64,000 nucleotides of DNA from the NCBI GenBank assembly GCA_001029755.1, contig CP011214.1, positions 1,754 through 65,753 on the forward strand, written 5' to 3'. The stretch comes from Candidatus Woesebacteria bacterium GW2011_GWF1_31_35 (lineage in GTDB: Bacteria > Patescibacteriota > Microgenomatia > UBA8517). Position numbers and translations under genes: made by a program. This document shows, piece by piece, positions 1 through 9,937 of this stretch (the first letter of the stretch is position 1; every line of letters starts with the position of its first letter). Below the pieces are notes generated by a model that was not told where the DNA came from, searched no databases, and saw only the letters and a program-made list of their open reading frames with translations.

Positions 1-607
1 AAGTTCCACCCAACCATGCTTTTATTTTTTCTTCAGGTTGACTATCATAAACCCTTGTTTTAGTATATCCAGGAGCAATCGCATTTACTAAAATCTTTGG
101 TGCAACAATCTTTGCAAATGTACGAGTAAAACTATTTACTCCAGCTTTAGAAACAGCATAGCCGACACTTCCCCCACCATATTCCCAACCTTTAATAGAA
201 GATGTATTAATTATTTTTCCTTCATCCATTATTTTTACAGCCATTTTAGAACACATCATTACCGAAGTTGTGTTTACATGTAGAAGTTTAAGTAGATCTT
301 CACTAGTTGCTGTTTCAAATGGAACGTATTCTGAAGGATTGGCTGCATTGTTAATTAAAATATCCAATTTACCAAATTTGCCTTTTACAAAATCAAATAG
401 GTTTTTTATTTCTTCATCTTTCTGTAAATCAACTTTAAATTTAAATCCGTTTTCTCCTAATTTACTTAAGGTTTCATTTGATCCGTCCTCATTTATGTTA
501 TAAGTAAAAACGATTTTACATCCTTCTTTCGCAAGAGCTATACATAAAGCTTTACCTATTCCACTACTACCACCGGTAACTACTGCAATTTTATTTTTTA
601 AATTCAT
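1..607 (-). CDS. SDR-family short-chain dehydrogenase/reductase (FabG-like); N-terminal part only, C-terminus lies beyond the window start
   Basis: The reverse-strand translation from an ATG at 607..605 reads MNLKNKIAVVTGGSSGIGKA... (TGxxxGxG Rossmann motif), with a later YAVSKAG (YxxxK catalytic motif). It is absent from the ORF track because it is truncated by the window edge. The track's plus-strand ORF 270..503 is its antisense shadow. Confidence 0.8.
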   Translation of the reverse strand, partial: MNLKNKIAVVTGGSSGIGKALCIALAKEGCKIVFTYNINEDGSNETLSKLGENGFKFKVDLQKDEEIKNLFDFVKGKFGKLDILINNAANPSEYVPFETATSEDLLKLLHVNTTSVMMCSKMAVKIMDEGKIINTSSIKGWEYGGGSVGYAVSKAGVNSFTRTFAKIVAPKILVNAIAPGYTKTRVYDSQPEEKIKAWLGGT

Positions 608-637
608 CTTTACAATAATAACATTTTTTAAATTATA

Positions 638-889
638 TTATTTATAAACTTCTTTTCTATGACCAAGTAATAGAATAGTTATCATTTTACCATCAATATC
701 ATATATCAAACGATAATCACCTATTCTTAATCTAAATGAACCCAATTTAAATTTTGTTAATCGTTTATTACTAAATAGAATTTCCTCTTTAGATATTAAA
801 TCTAATCTTTCAAGAATTTTCCTTTGGGTAGATTTATCTAATTTTTTTAATTGTCTTAATGCTTTTGTTTTGAATTCGTAAGAATACAC
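638..889 (-). CDS. Type II toxin, RelE/ParE (YoeB/RelE-like) family
   Basis: It is an 83 aa basic protein ending ...RLIYDIDGKMITILLLGHRKEVYK, which is typical RelE/ParE fold sequence. It lies immediately downstream of a Phd/YefM-like antitoxin in antitoxin-toxin order. Confidence 0.7.
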   Translation of the reverse strand: MYSYEFKTKALRQLKKLDKSTQRKILERLDLISKEEILFSNKRLTKFKLGSFRLRIGDYRLIYDIDGKMITILLLGHRKEVYK

Positions 890-896
890 AAATTAA

Positions 897-1178
897 TTAT
901 ATACCCAACATTTCTTTAACCACATCTGAAGAATAAGATCTTTTAGATTTTCTAGAAGAAGCAATAGCTTTTAAATAACTTGGACTAGAAAGAGCTTCCA
1001 TGTCCTCAATTAAAGATTCCCATATGTTATTTGGGATCAATACACCAAGAGGTTCCTGATTTCTCATCACTCTTACAAATTTACCTTTATCTTTTGCTCT
1101 TGCAAACAATTTTGTTATTCCTGCTTGAGCTTCCTGAACGGAAGCAAAAGATTCCATCCTAATTAATTGTTGAGTCAT
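897..1178 (-). CDS. Type II antitoxin, Phd/YefM family
   Basis: It is a 93 aa protein with a Phd/YefM-like N-terminus (...FVRVMRNQEPLGVLIPNNIWESLIEDME...). It is 8 bp upstream of the toxin gene. Confidence 0.65.
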   Translation of the reverse strand: MTQQLIRMESFASVQEAQAGITKLFARAKDKGKFVRVMRNQEPLGVLIPNNIWESLIEDMEALSSPSYLKAIASSRKSKRSYSSDVVKEMLGI

Positions 1179-1179
1179 A

Positions 1180-1206
1180 TGTCATAATTATGACATAATT
1201 ATGACA
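1180..1206. promoter_or_regulatory. Perfect 16-bp palindrome TGTCATAATTATGACA followed by a direct repeat of the half-site TAATTATGACA; putative autoregulatory operator of the Phd/RelE pair
   Basis: It is seen directly in the sequence, one nucleotide upstream of the antitoxin start codon (1178). Phd/YefM antitoxins classically bind palindromes that overlap their own promoter. Confidence 0.4.
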
Positions 1207-1210
1207 GGTG

Positions 1211-2050
1211 TCAAGAGGTTGTATACTTAAAGTAGGCAATGGGAAAATGAAGACTAGATAGAAAGCTCCAAAGGAATCCATTTACACCATCAAGTATCCC
1301 CAAGTGTCTAAAATATAAATTAAAAAATGTAAAAGTTGGTTTAATAAATATATAACTCAAAAATTCAGCTAAACCTTTTGAAACTTTTTTATCTTTTAAT
1401 TCTTTTGCATGTAAATCTGTATAACGATTCATTCTCCAAAAATATTTTTTTAAAGTTGGAGAATCAAAATGTAACAAATCATTATTTAACCAGCCTACTT
1501 TCCCATTAATTTCTATTTGTTCATGCACTGATTTTTGAGGAAACTTGGCAAAACCATTTTTAACAAGTCTTATTACCCCATCAGGATAAACACCTGCATG
1601 AATTAATGGTTTCCCTAAAAACATATTCCTTCTTGGTATAAAATACCCAGTTATTTCACCCCTATCTCTTCCTATTTTTCCATCTCTTTCTTCAATTAAC
1701 ATTTGGTGTCTTAAAAAAAGTTCGGAAGGTTTATTTTGTTTTAATTTATTAGTTATTACATCCTTTATTTCTTTTGAAAGTTCTGGAGTTAATGCTTCAT
1801 CAGCATCCATTTGTAAAATCCATTCATTTGAAGCTTTTTCTAATGCAATTTGTTTTGTTATATGAAAAATATCATGATGTGGTTCAAGATATACTTTTGC
1901 TCCAAAACTTTCTGCAATCTTTTTTGTTTTATCTTTAGAATATTCATCAACAATAATTATTTCATCTGCAATTGTCTTTACAGATTCTAAACATCTCCCA
2001 ATATTTTCTTCTTCGTTTCTTGTTGCAAGTACTACAGATAGTTTATTCAT
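1211..2050 (-). CDS. GT2 family glycosyltransferase
   Basis: The N-terminus reads LSVVLATRNEEENIGRCLESV...IIIVDEYSKDKT...MDADE (GT-A DxD architecture). Confidence 0.8.
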   Translation of the reverse strand: MNKLSVVLATRNEEENIGRCLESVKTIADEIIIVDEYSKDKTKKIAESFGAKVYLEPHHDIFHITKQIALEKASNEWILQMDADEALTPELSKEIKDVITNKLKQNKPSELFLRHQMLIEERDGKIGRDRGEITGYFIPRRNMFLGKPLIHAGVYPDGVIRLVKNGFAKFPQKSVHEQIEINGKVGWLNNDLLHFDSPTLKKYFWRMNRYTDLHAKELKDKKVSKGLAEFLSYIFIKPTFTFFNLYFRHLGILDGVNGFLWSFLSSLHFPIAYFKYTTS

Positions 2051-2052
2051 AT

Positions 2053-3372
2053 TTATTTAGCTATAATTCCTTTGATTTTAAAATAATCTGCAATTGACTT
2101 ATTAATCCAATCACTTTGATCTGATTTTGTTTGTGCATTAGCAACCAATCCAGCTTCTGGTAATTTATTTATGACAACTAATTCATCTTTACCAGAACTT
2201 GAAGCTTCTTTAATTTTTAAAATCATTTGATCAAAAGCTAAACTATAATTTCTTGCAATATAGACATCTCCACCTAAAGTAGAAGTTAAACTAAAAGAAG
2301 AAATAAAAAGAATAAATGAAAACAATAATGTCAATAATTTATTTTGCATTATACCTCTTGCATGCCAAGAAACAATAAAAACAGACATTAGTACTAAAAA
2401 CATTAAAGTAATATCTGACCTATCAGGTGGGAGCCTACCTAATGTTTTAAAGGCAGGGAAAACATAAAGAATACTTGCTATCACCAATAAACTTAAAATT
2501 GATCCTATGTTTAAATATATCTTTTCTTTATCAATATAAATCCTTTTATTAAATTGGCTAAATACGTACGATAAAACTGCAGTTAATGATGAAAGAAAAA
2601 TAATATTTTTAATAATTAAATAATAAAGTAGTTTTGGACCTTCTTGAACAGAATAAAAGATACTTCCTAATATATTCATCGAATCAGATCCTCCACCAAC
2701 TGCTCTTATACTATTTCCAGGTGACAAATAAACTATTAACAGAGAAGTTATTGATGAAATAAACATAATAAGTAAATATTTCTTCGATTTTTTGAAGATG
2801 AATACATAAACTAAACTTCCCAATAGTATTAAATTAACCATTAAACCAAATGTCTCATTTCCTCCGACCGCTAATAATGTAAATAAAAATACTAATAATA
2901 ATTTCTTTGAAGAAAGAGCCAGTAATATAAAAATAATTGGCCAAAGATAAGTTATGGTTCCTGAAAGCCAGTACCAAGTTTCCATTTTGTTAGGTGTAAT
3001 AAAATAAAGAGAAACTAAAGCCATGGATGATAATATATAAAGATAAACATTCTTTAATTTAAGATTTAAAAATGACCTGAAAAATGACAATAATGCGAAA
3101 AATAATAAAGAGAGAGTAATAATTGAAAAAAGAGAGGAATTTCCAGAATTAGAAGAATATGCTCCAAAGAAAGTTTGTAAAAATGTTGAGGTAAATCTTC
3201 CACTCCAAGACAGATACCAACTTAATTGCGCTTTCCAGAAACCTTGACTAAAAACCGTTGATCCATAGGCAAAATCATCAGCAGACATTCTATTAAATGG
3301 AATTATTGAAAAAATTTTTAAAAATCCCATTAAGGCTAATACTGACATTGAAAACCAAGCATATTTTTTCAT
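2053..3372 (-). CDS. Polytopic membrane protein, GT-C-like (acidic ADD motif in first external loop)
   Basis: It is 439 aa with at least 10 predicted hydrophobic helices. The motif ...NRMSADDFAYGS follows the first helix. Confidence 0.45.
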   Translation of the reverse strand: MKKYAWFSMSVLALMGFLKIFSIIPFNRMSADDFAYGSTVFSQGFWKAQLSWYLSWSGRFTSTFLQTFFGAYSSNSGNSSLFSIITLSLLFFALLSFFRSFLNLKLKNVYLYILSSMALVSLYFITPNKMETWYWLSGTITYLWPIIFILLALSSKKLLLVFLFTLLAVGGNETFGLMVNLILLGSLVYVFIFKKSKKYLLIMFISSITSLLIVYLSPGNSIRAVGGGSDSMNILGSIFYSVQEGPKLLYYLIIKNIIFLSSLTAVLSYVFSQFNKRIYIDKEKIYLNIGSILSLLVIASILYVFPAFKTLGRLPPDRSDITLMFLVLMSVFIVSWHARGIMQNKLLTLLFSFILFISSFSLTSTLGGDVYIARNYSLAFDQMILKIKEASSSGKDELVVINKLPEAGLVANAQTKSDQSDWINKSIADYFKIKGIIAK

Positions 3373-3377
3373 ATTAG

Positions 3378-5036
3378 TTAATTAGCTACTATTCTAAAGT
3401 ATTTAAAACTATTTGATCCATATATTTCTTTTACAATATTAGCTTCATTTGAAATTTCTTCAGGAGTCCCTACTAAAAGTGAGTTTGGATAAATTGGTCT
3501 CATCTCATCATATTTAATACTTAAAAAGTGATATTTGTCAAAATTTTTAACTGTTGAAAATCCATATCCATCTCTCGCTGTCAAAGTATGATTTTTTTGA
3601 AAAGTTAAAGGATCATACTTTGTATAGAAAAGAAATAGTATGTACGGTTGGTCATATCTATCAGTAACCACTATATTTTTATACTTATCTTTGTTTTCAT
3701 TAACATAAGTAACCAATTCTTTTAAACCATATTGACTAGAATATGGATATTCTTTTGCCATATGAACCCAATACATATGTTCATATCTTAAAAATCCCAA
3801 AATAGTAGCTACAGATATTAAAACTAACAATAAAATTCTTATTATTTTATTTTTATTTTTTGTTATTAAACCAATAATAGTCAGCAGTCCCAGGCTACTT
3901 ATAATAGTTAATGGTATTACCATGTTTTGAGCTCTAAGTGCGTGCGGTGATTGAAAAGTTAAAGCAGCTGCCATTGGTGCGATAATTAACCAATAAAATA
4001 TAAGTTTAATCGGCTTTTCTTTGAATCTTTTAATTAAAACTATAATTCCAACAGCTAAGAATAAAATATCGGTTAAATACATTTCCCCTGTTTCAGGAAC
4101 TTTATTTCTTTGAATGTCATCTCCTGATAAAAACAAGAATAAACCATGGAAGTGTTCACCCCAATTATCCATAAAAGCTAAACCATAATTAACTACTTTA
4201 TTATGAATTAACTTTGCAGGAAGACTCCTAAAATCACCATGTTCAGTTCTCTGTTCTTCAATTCTTGAAAGTGGTCCTGGATCTGCAAAAAGTCCTACCC
4301 CAGTGACTCTAGAAGATACAGCTCCCTTTGTGAAATCTAATATAAGAGGTATTAATAGTAAAAATGATACAGACAGGCTTATTATTATTACTTTAAGGTT
4401 CTTTTTAACAAATAAATCTCTAAAGTAGATTACCAACAGTCCTAAACCCAGTAGTGGAACTACAATTCTTGCAGCATGATATGTATATAAAGATAATATA
4501 AATGAAAAAAAGCTAAGTATTAAATAGTAAGCTTTTTCCCTGGTATTTATAAACTTAATAAATAACCAGGTTCCCAAAACTATAAAAAATGTAGCCAGAT
4601 TTACTTCCCAACCACCTCTACTAAAATGAATATGCCAAGGTGAGATTGCAAGCATACCACTTGTAATAAGTGCCAAATTTTCGTTTTCTTTAATATTTAA
4701 ATACTTTTTAAAAATCTCTAAAGTAAGATAATAGAGAACTAAAACTGTTAATACACCAGCAAAAGCTCCCGGAATTCTTACAGCCCACTCATTTAAACCT
4801 AATAATTTTACGAAAGGAATAACTGTATAAAAATAAAGCCCTGGTTTATAGTCATTAAATGATTGGAAATGGATAGGCCAAGAATTTCCATGTTCATCCA
4901 TTCCTGTTTTAATTAAAGAATATGCATTGTATCCAATAGCTGCCTCATCAGCGTTAAAGGCGGGGTAGGAATCAAGCCTCCAGAATCTTAATCCAAAAGC
5001 TAAGACAATAATTAAAATAAATAATAACTTTTTCAT
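3378..5036 (-). CDS. GT39/PMT/ArnT-like GT-C membrane glycosyltransferase (paralog 1)
   Basis: The N-terminus has ...NADEAAIGYNAYSLIKTGMDEHGNSWPIHFQSFNDYKPGLYFYT with the PMT/ArnT-family DE motif. It has many TM helices and a C-terminal soluble domain with ...YKNIVVTDRYDQPYILFLFYTKYDP. Confidence 0.8.
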   Translation of the reverse strand: MKKLLFILIIVLAFGLRFWRLDSYPAFNADEAAIGYNAYSLIKTGMDEHGNSWPIHFQSFNDYKPGLYFYTVIPFVKLLGLNEWAVRIPGAFAGVLTVLVLYYLTLEIFKKYLNIKENENLALITSGMLAISPWHIHFSRGGWEVNLATFFIVLGTWLFIKFINTREKAYYLILSFFSFILSLYTYHAARIVVPLLGLGLLVIYFRDLFVKKNLKVIIISLSVSFLLLIPLILDFTKGAVSSRVTGVGLFADPGPLSRIEEQRTEHGDFRSLPAKLIHNKVVNYGLAFMDNWGEHFHGLFLFLSGDDIQRNKVPETGEMYLTDILFLAVGIIVLIKRFKEKPIKLIFYWLIIAPMAAALTFQSPHALRAQNMVIPLTIISSLGLLTIIGLITKNKNKIIRILLLVLISVATILGFLRYEHMYWVHMAKEYPYSSQYGLKELVTYVNENKDKYKNIVVTDRYDQPYILFLFYTKYDPLTFQKNHTLTARDGYGFSTVKNFDKYHFLSIKYDEMRPIYPNSLLVGTPEEISNEANIVKEIYGSNSFKYFRIVAN

Positions 5037-6721
5037 TTAACTTCTATAATTCTAAATGCCGTATCCCTATTATTAAGATATTTAATTTCCTTAATTAGCC
5101 TAAACTCCTTTTCATCATTTGAGTCAGCTGGCGGAATACGAAGTGTATCTGCAACAAAAAGAGTTCCCCTATCTCCCCTATTTATAGACCAATCAATTGG
5201 ACCAAATTCAATATTGTCTAATTTTGTAATATAACCAACATCTCCAATGTACTCACTATTTACAAAACTTGTATTTTTTTGATATTTAGAAGGATCATAT
5301 TTTTGAAAAAATAGAAAGAAAATATATGGCTGTGCAAAACTTTGCTGAACAACAATTTTTTTGTAATTTCCTTGTATTGGTGTAATTGTCTCTACAACTT
5401 GTGAATAGCCATATGACCAAAGTTTGGAGTTGTGTGCTGAAACGTGTACAAAATAAGAATCTAAAAAGTAAGTTATGCTAACTAAATAAACCAAAAAGAC
5501 TATTGAGTAAAAATAAACTTTATATTTATTTTTGTTTATAAAGGTAATTAAACCACTAAGTCCAAATGTACAAATTATTATTAAAGGTATTGCCATATTA
5601 AAACTTCTAACTGCATGCACCTGATCACGTGACAAGACAGCAGGAAGAGGAGCTAATATTAGCCAAAAAAGAAAAAACAAATGTTCTTTCTTAAGCTTAT
5701 TTTTAAATATTTCAAAAAATCCTAAAATTAAAATTATTAAATCAGATAAAAGTAACATTCCTTGATAAGGTGCAGAATGCCTTAGATTTGAAAAATCTCC
5801 TTCGAAAAATAAAAACCTTCCTGAAAAATGATTAAACCAGCGTCCCATTATTCCCCGTTTAAAATTTAGATCTTCTGAATGGAATAGGTAATAACTTAAA
5901 CTTCCAATTTTCTCTTTTCCTTCATCAAGCATACTTTGTATGTATTCTTTAGGCCTTGGGTATGAAAAAACACTAAATACTTCAAGTCTTCCTGTTAAAC
6001 CAGTAAACATACTAAGAATTATTGGAGATGAAATTAATAGACCTAAAAGAAGCGATTGTGTTAAATATTTTTTTGGAAACTTAACTAAATCTTTAAAATA
6101 AAAAATTAATAAAAGTACTACCACCAAACCAGATGAAAGCTTTGCACCTTGGTAAGCTAAGAGTGTAAGAGCAAAGAAAAGAGAACTTATAATTAGGAAT
6201 TTATTCTTTTCTAGTGATTTAAGGAAAAAATAAATTCCTGCTAAAGTTAAAGTAAGTGACAAATTTACTTCCCACGCTCCACGAGAGAAATAAATAAGCC
6301 ATGGATTAAAAGCTCCTATAAAACCTGTAAATATGGCAAACTTTTTTCCAAAGAATCTATTTGCAATTAAATATATTAAATAAATTGAAATTACTCCAAA
6401 AATTGCAGAAGGTAAACGAACTGAAAATTCACTTAGACCTAAAACAGCAACAAATGGAACTGTCGTATAAATATATAGTCCAGGTTTATAATCCCCAAAT
6501 GATTTAAAAATTAAAGGCAAGGTTTTTCCATATTCATCTTTTCCTGTTTTCAAAATTGAATATGCGTTATACCCTAAGGAAGCTTCATCTGGAGTTAGAT
6601 GTGGAGGGATATTATCTAGGTTCCATACTCTAATAATTGCTGCCAATAAAATTATTAGCCACAATATATTTTTATTTAAAAGTTTAATTATTTTCATATA
6701 GTTCAAAGGCAACACTTCCAT
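5033..6721 (-). CDS. GT39/PMT/ArnT-like GT-C membrane glycosyltransferase (paralog 2)
   Basis: It carries TPDEASLGYNAYSILKTGKDEYGKTLPLIFKSFGDYKPGLYIY and the same C-terminal domain motif (QPYIFFLFFQKYDP). It overlaps the upstream gene by 4 bp. Confidence 0.8.
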   Translation of the reverse strand: MEVLPLNYMKIIKLLNKNILWLIILLAAIIRVWNLDNIPPHLTPDEASLGYNAYSILKTGKDEYGKTLPLIFKSFGDYKPGLYIYTTVPFVAVLGLSEFSVRLPSAIFGVISIYLIYLIANRFFGKKFAIFTGFIGAFNPWLIYFSRGAWEVNLSLTLTLAGIYFFLKSLEKNKFLIISSLFFALTLLAYQGAKLSSGLVVVLLLIFYFKDLVKFPKKYLTQSLLLGLLISSPIILSMFTGLTGRLEVFSVFSYPRPKEYIQSMLDEGKEKIGSLSYYLFHSEDLNFKRGIMGRWFNHFSGRFLFFEGDFSNLRHSAPYQGMLLLSDLIILILGFFEIFKNKLKKEHLFFLFWLILAPLPAVLSRDQVHAVRSFNMAIPLIIICTFGLSGLITFINKNKYKVYFYSIVFLVYLVSITYFLDSYFVHVSAHNSKLWSYGYSQVVETITPIQGNYKKIVVQQSFAQPYIFFLFFQKYDPSKYQKNTSFVNSEYIGDVGYITKLDNIEFGPIDWSINRGDRGTLFVADTLRIPPADSNDEKEFRLIKEIKYLNNRDTAFRIIEVK

Positions 6722-8360
6722 CCAAAAAATTAATTGTCTTTATTTTACTCCAATCTGCTGGAGCGTTTTTGGGACTTGTTACAAGAAGGCATTTTGCTTG
6801 CCTACAATCCACTATTCTTTTACTTTCTTGAATAAACTTATAACCTTCTTTAGGTATCTGCCAATCATTAACAAAATAGTATTTATCAAATCCATCAACC
6901 CAATACCAACCTGCTTGATAAAACCTATTTAAATTTTTATCATTCCTATACCAATTAGAATTAAATGCACTATAGAAAAGAATAAATTCATGCGGTTCTC
7001 CATATTTTTTAGTAATTATTATCTTTGCATAATTATCATTATTCTCTTTTATGTAACTAACTACTTCTAAATATCCATATTGCCAACTTTCGGAATATTT
7101 ATTTTTATAATCAGTAAAATATTTCATTAAATAATTTTCAAAAAATAAAAATAATATAACTACATATAAAAATATGAATAATAATCTATTTTTTCCTTTA
7201 ATTTTTTTAATAACATAGTTAACACCAAGCGAAGTTAAAATCATTGGTATTGGAAGCATAGTAATTGCACGTAATACATGTGGGTCTTCTCTAGTTAAAC
7301 TACTAGCAATTGGTCCTAATAAAATCCAAGATAAAAGTAAATAACTTTCTTTGGTTTTTAGTTTCAATAAATAAATAAACCCAATTATTAAAAATGGAAA
7401 ATTAATTAAATAAATAAGACCATTTTTTGGAAGACTAAATTGATAATTTGATCCACCTTCTAAAATCAAAAACTTCGGGGAAAAATGGCTAAAATAATTT
7501 TTAATAAATTCTTTCGAAAAATACGTAATTTTATTTGATAGTATTCTAGGGATTGGGTCAGGAGCCTTTATTTTTTTTCTTAATTCAATTATTTTATTTG
7601 TTGCCCCTTCATCTAATATTGCCACCTTAGAATACCTTGCAGATCCTGAAGAACTAACAAGTTGATAAAACATTGGAACAAAAAAAATTGCTAAGAAAAT
7701 TAGTATTTTTTTGGCTATAATTTTATTTCCTTCAAAAAAACCTTTAAATTCATTTTTATAAATTAATAATAAAGATAATAAAAATAACGGAGTAAAAATA
7801 CGATATGAGTTATATGTCCAAACAGTTAAGCTAAAGAAAAGCGTAGAAAATATTAAATACTTAACTTTTAAACTATTAATAAATTTAATAAGGAAATAAA
7901 CCCCTAAAATAAATAAGAATAAGGCTAAGTTAGCCTCAAAAGCAGGTCTTCCTAAAAAGAAAGTCCATGGTTCAATTGTAACCAAAAAAGCAGAAAACAA
8001 AGCTATCCTTTTATAACTTTTTACAAATTTAAGATTATCTTTTAAAAGTTCTACCATTAATAAATACGTTACCCAGATAGTTCCAATCCCAGCTAAAACT
8101 GAGGGTAATCTAACAGCAAAAGAATTAATTCCAAAGAAAAATTCTGAAATTGAAGTTAAATAAATATAAACAGGTAATTTAAAATCCCCATAAGCTTTAA
8201 AAATTAAAGGCATTATTTTCCCCCACTCATCTTTTCCTGAAGTTAGAATTGAAAAAGCATTATAACCATGACTAATTTCATCCCAATTTAAAGAAGGAGG
8301 GTTGGAATTTATAAACAAAAACCTTGTAACAACAGTTAAAATTAAAATTAAATAAATCAT
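6684..8360 (-). CDS. GT39/PMT/ArnT-like GT-C membrane glycosyltransferase (paralog 3)
   Basis: It carries NWDEISHGYNAFSILTSGKDEWGKIMPLIFKAYGDFKLPVYIY. It is polytopic. Confidence 0.8.
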   Translation of the reverse strand: MIYLILILTVVTRFLFINSNPPSLNWDEISHGYNAFSILTSGKDEWGKIMPLIFKAYGDFKLPVYIYLTSISEFFFGINSFAVRLPSVLAGIGTIWVTYLLMVELLKDNLKFVKSYKRIALFSAFLVTIEPWTFFLGRPAFEANLALFLFILGVYFLIKFINSLKVKYLIFSTLFFSLTVWTYNSYRIFTPLFLLSLLLIYKNEFKGFFEGNKIIAKKILIFLAIFFVPMFYQLVSSSGSARYSKVAILDEGATNKIIELRKKIKAPDPIPRILSNKITYFSKEFIKNYFSHFSPKFLILEGGSNYQFSLPKNGLIYLINFPFLIIGFIYLLKLKTKESYLLLSWILLGPIASSLTREDPHVLRAITMLPIPMILTSLGVNYVIKKIKGKNRLLFIFLYVVILFLFFENYLMKYFTDYKNKYSESWQYGYLEVVSYIKENNDNYAKIIITKKYGEPHEFILFYSAFNSNWYRNDKNLNRFYQAGWYWVDGFDKYYFVNDWQIPKEGYKFIQESKRIVDCRQAKCLLVTSPKNAPADWSKIKTINFLDGSVAFELYENN

Positions 8361-9937
8361 GGTTCAATTAATAGAAACGCTTCTTTTCCGTTTAAATAAT
8401 ATATTGTTTTTACAATTTTTCCCTTTTCTCTTGTCCCATCTAAAAAGTCCCAAGGAGAACCAATTAATAATACATTTTCTTTATTCATATAATCTTCTTG
8501 ATTTGGTCTTCTGAATTTAATCTCTGATCTATGATTTCCAGTCTCTAAAAAGAAATCCCTATCCCACTTACAATAAATTAAAACATAGAGATAAGGTAAA
8601 CCAGTATTTAAAGGCCCTTCTTCCCCAAAAGTATCTGTAATTACTATTTCTTTATATTTATCTATATTTTCACAAGCGTAAATAACAGCATCTTTATACC
8701 CATATTGCCAAGACTCAGAATAAAATCTTGGAAACTGTTTTGTGTAAATATCAAATAAATAAATAAAATTAACCAGAACTAATACAAAATAAATCAAAAC
8801 TACCTTTTTAAATTTAAATCTATTCAATAAGTATTCAAAACCAGAAGCCATAACTATTCCAAAAAAAGGAATCCATACCAAAGCTCTTAGGGGATGTTGT
8901 TCATTCATGGTTAGGGAAGCAGGAAACGGTCCTGCAAAAAACCAGAACAGGGCAAGTGATTTTAATTTGTTATTCTTTGATTTAGCTAAGTAATATATCC
9001 CTACTAAAAATAAGGGTAAATCTATTATCATTAATAAACCCAAATCAGGATATCCTGGAGGTGTAAATTGCATTCCTTTCCAAAACAAAAATCTTAAATC
9101 GTAGTAATTTAGATATTTACTCAACCAGTGACTGTAAACTAAATAGATATCATTGTTAAATAGCCTTTCACCCAAATTTTTATAATTTCCGTTGTGCATT
9201 ATTTTTACTAAAGAACTTTCTCTTAATATTGATGTTGAAAAAGCTCTTTGACTAATCGCAGGAGTGAAAAATGCGAGTTTAATAAAAGGAATTGCAAAAA
9301 TTAAAGTTATCAAAATAAACGTTATTATTTTTTTCTTGGGTTTAAAAATAAAGAAAAGAAAAATGACAATAAGTGGAACAAATAATCTTTCTGCATGATA
9401 TGACCAAACAGAAAGACTCATAAATACCGCTGCTAAAATTGCATTTAACATATTTTTATTTTTAGACCAGGAGATAAAAACTGTAGTACCCAAGACAAGA
9501 AAGAAAAGAGCCGTAACTGCCTCAAAAGAAGCTCTTGAAAAGTGTATATGCCAAGGTAAAATTGCTAACCAAAAACCTGCCAAGATAGAAGATTTAAAAG
9601 ACAATCCTAGATTAATTAACAATAAAATAAATACAACAACAGTTAGAGATCCTATCAGTGCTACTGGAAATCTAATTCCAAATTCATTTAAACCAAAGAC
9701 GGCAATTGATGGTACAGTTAAATAAATATTAACTGGTGGTTTATAATCACCCGCTGATCTAAAAGCTAAGGGTAATAACTCACCAAACTCGTCTCTGGCA
9801 GTTTTTAGGATTGAATATGCATTGTAACCAATAGCCACCTCATCCATTGAAAAAGACACTGGATATTTAGTTAAATTCCAAGTTCTTAAAAAGAATGCTA
9901 ACAGAAATATACTAATAATTATTAATTTTTTAGCCAT
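8357..9937 (-). CDS. GT39/PMT/ArnT-like GT-C membrane glycosyltransferase (paralog 4)
   Basis: It carries SMDEVAIGYNAYSILKTARDEFGELLPLAFRSAGDYKPPVNIY. Confidence 0.8.
   Translation of the reverse strand: MAKKLIIISIFLLAFFLRTWNLTKYPVSFSMDEVAIGYNAYSILKTARDEFGELLPLAFRSAGDYKPPVNIYLTVPSIAVFGLNEFGIRFPVALIGSLTVVVFILLLINLGLSFKSSILAGFWLAILPWHIHFSRASFEAVTALFFLVLGTTVFISWSKNKNMLNAILAAVFMSLSVWSYHAERLFVPLIVIFLFFIFKPKKKIITFILITLIFAIPFIKLAFFTPAISQRAFSTSILRESSLVKIMHNGNYKNLGERLFNNDIYLVYSHWLSKYLNYYDLRFLFWKGMQFTPPGYPDLGLLMIIDLPLFLVGIYYLAKSKNNKLKSLALFWFFAGPFPASLTMNEQHPLRALVWIPFFGIVMASGFEYLLNRFKFKKVVLIYFVLVLVNFIYLFDIYTKQFPRFYSESWQYGYKDAVIYACENIDKYKEIVITDTFGEEGPLNTGLPYLYVLIYCKWDRDFFLETGNHRSEIKFRRPNQEDYMNKENVLLIGSPWDFLDGTREKGKIVKTIYYLNGKEAFLLIEP

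Noticed and set aside
270-503. Plus-strand 77 aa ORF from the track.
   Set aside because: It lies entirely antisense within the well-supported minus-strand SDR gene (1..607) and is low-complexity. It is a shadow ORF.
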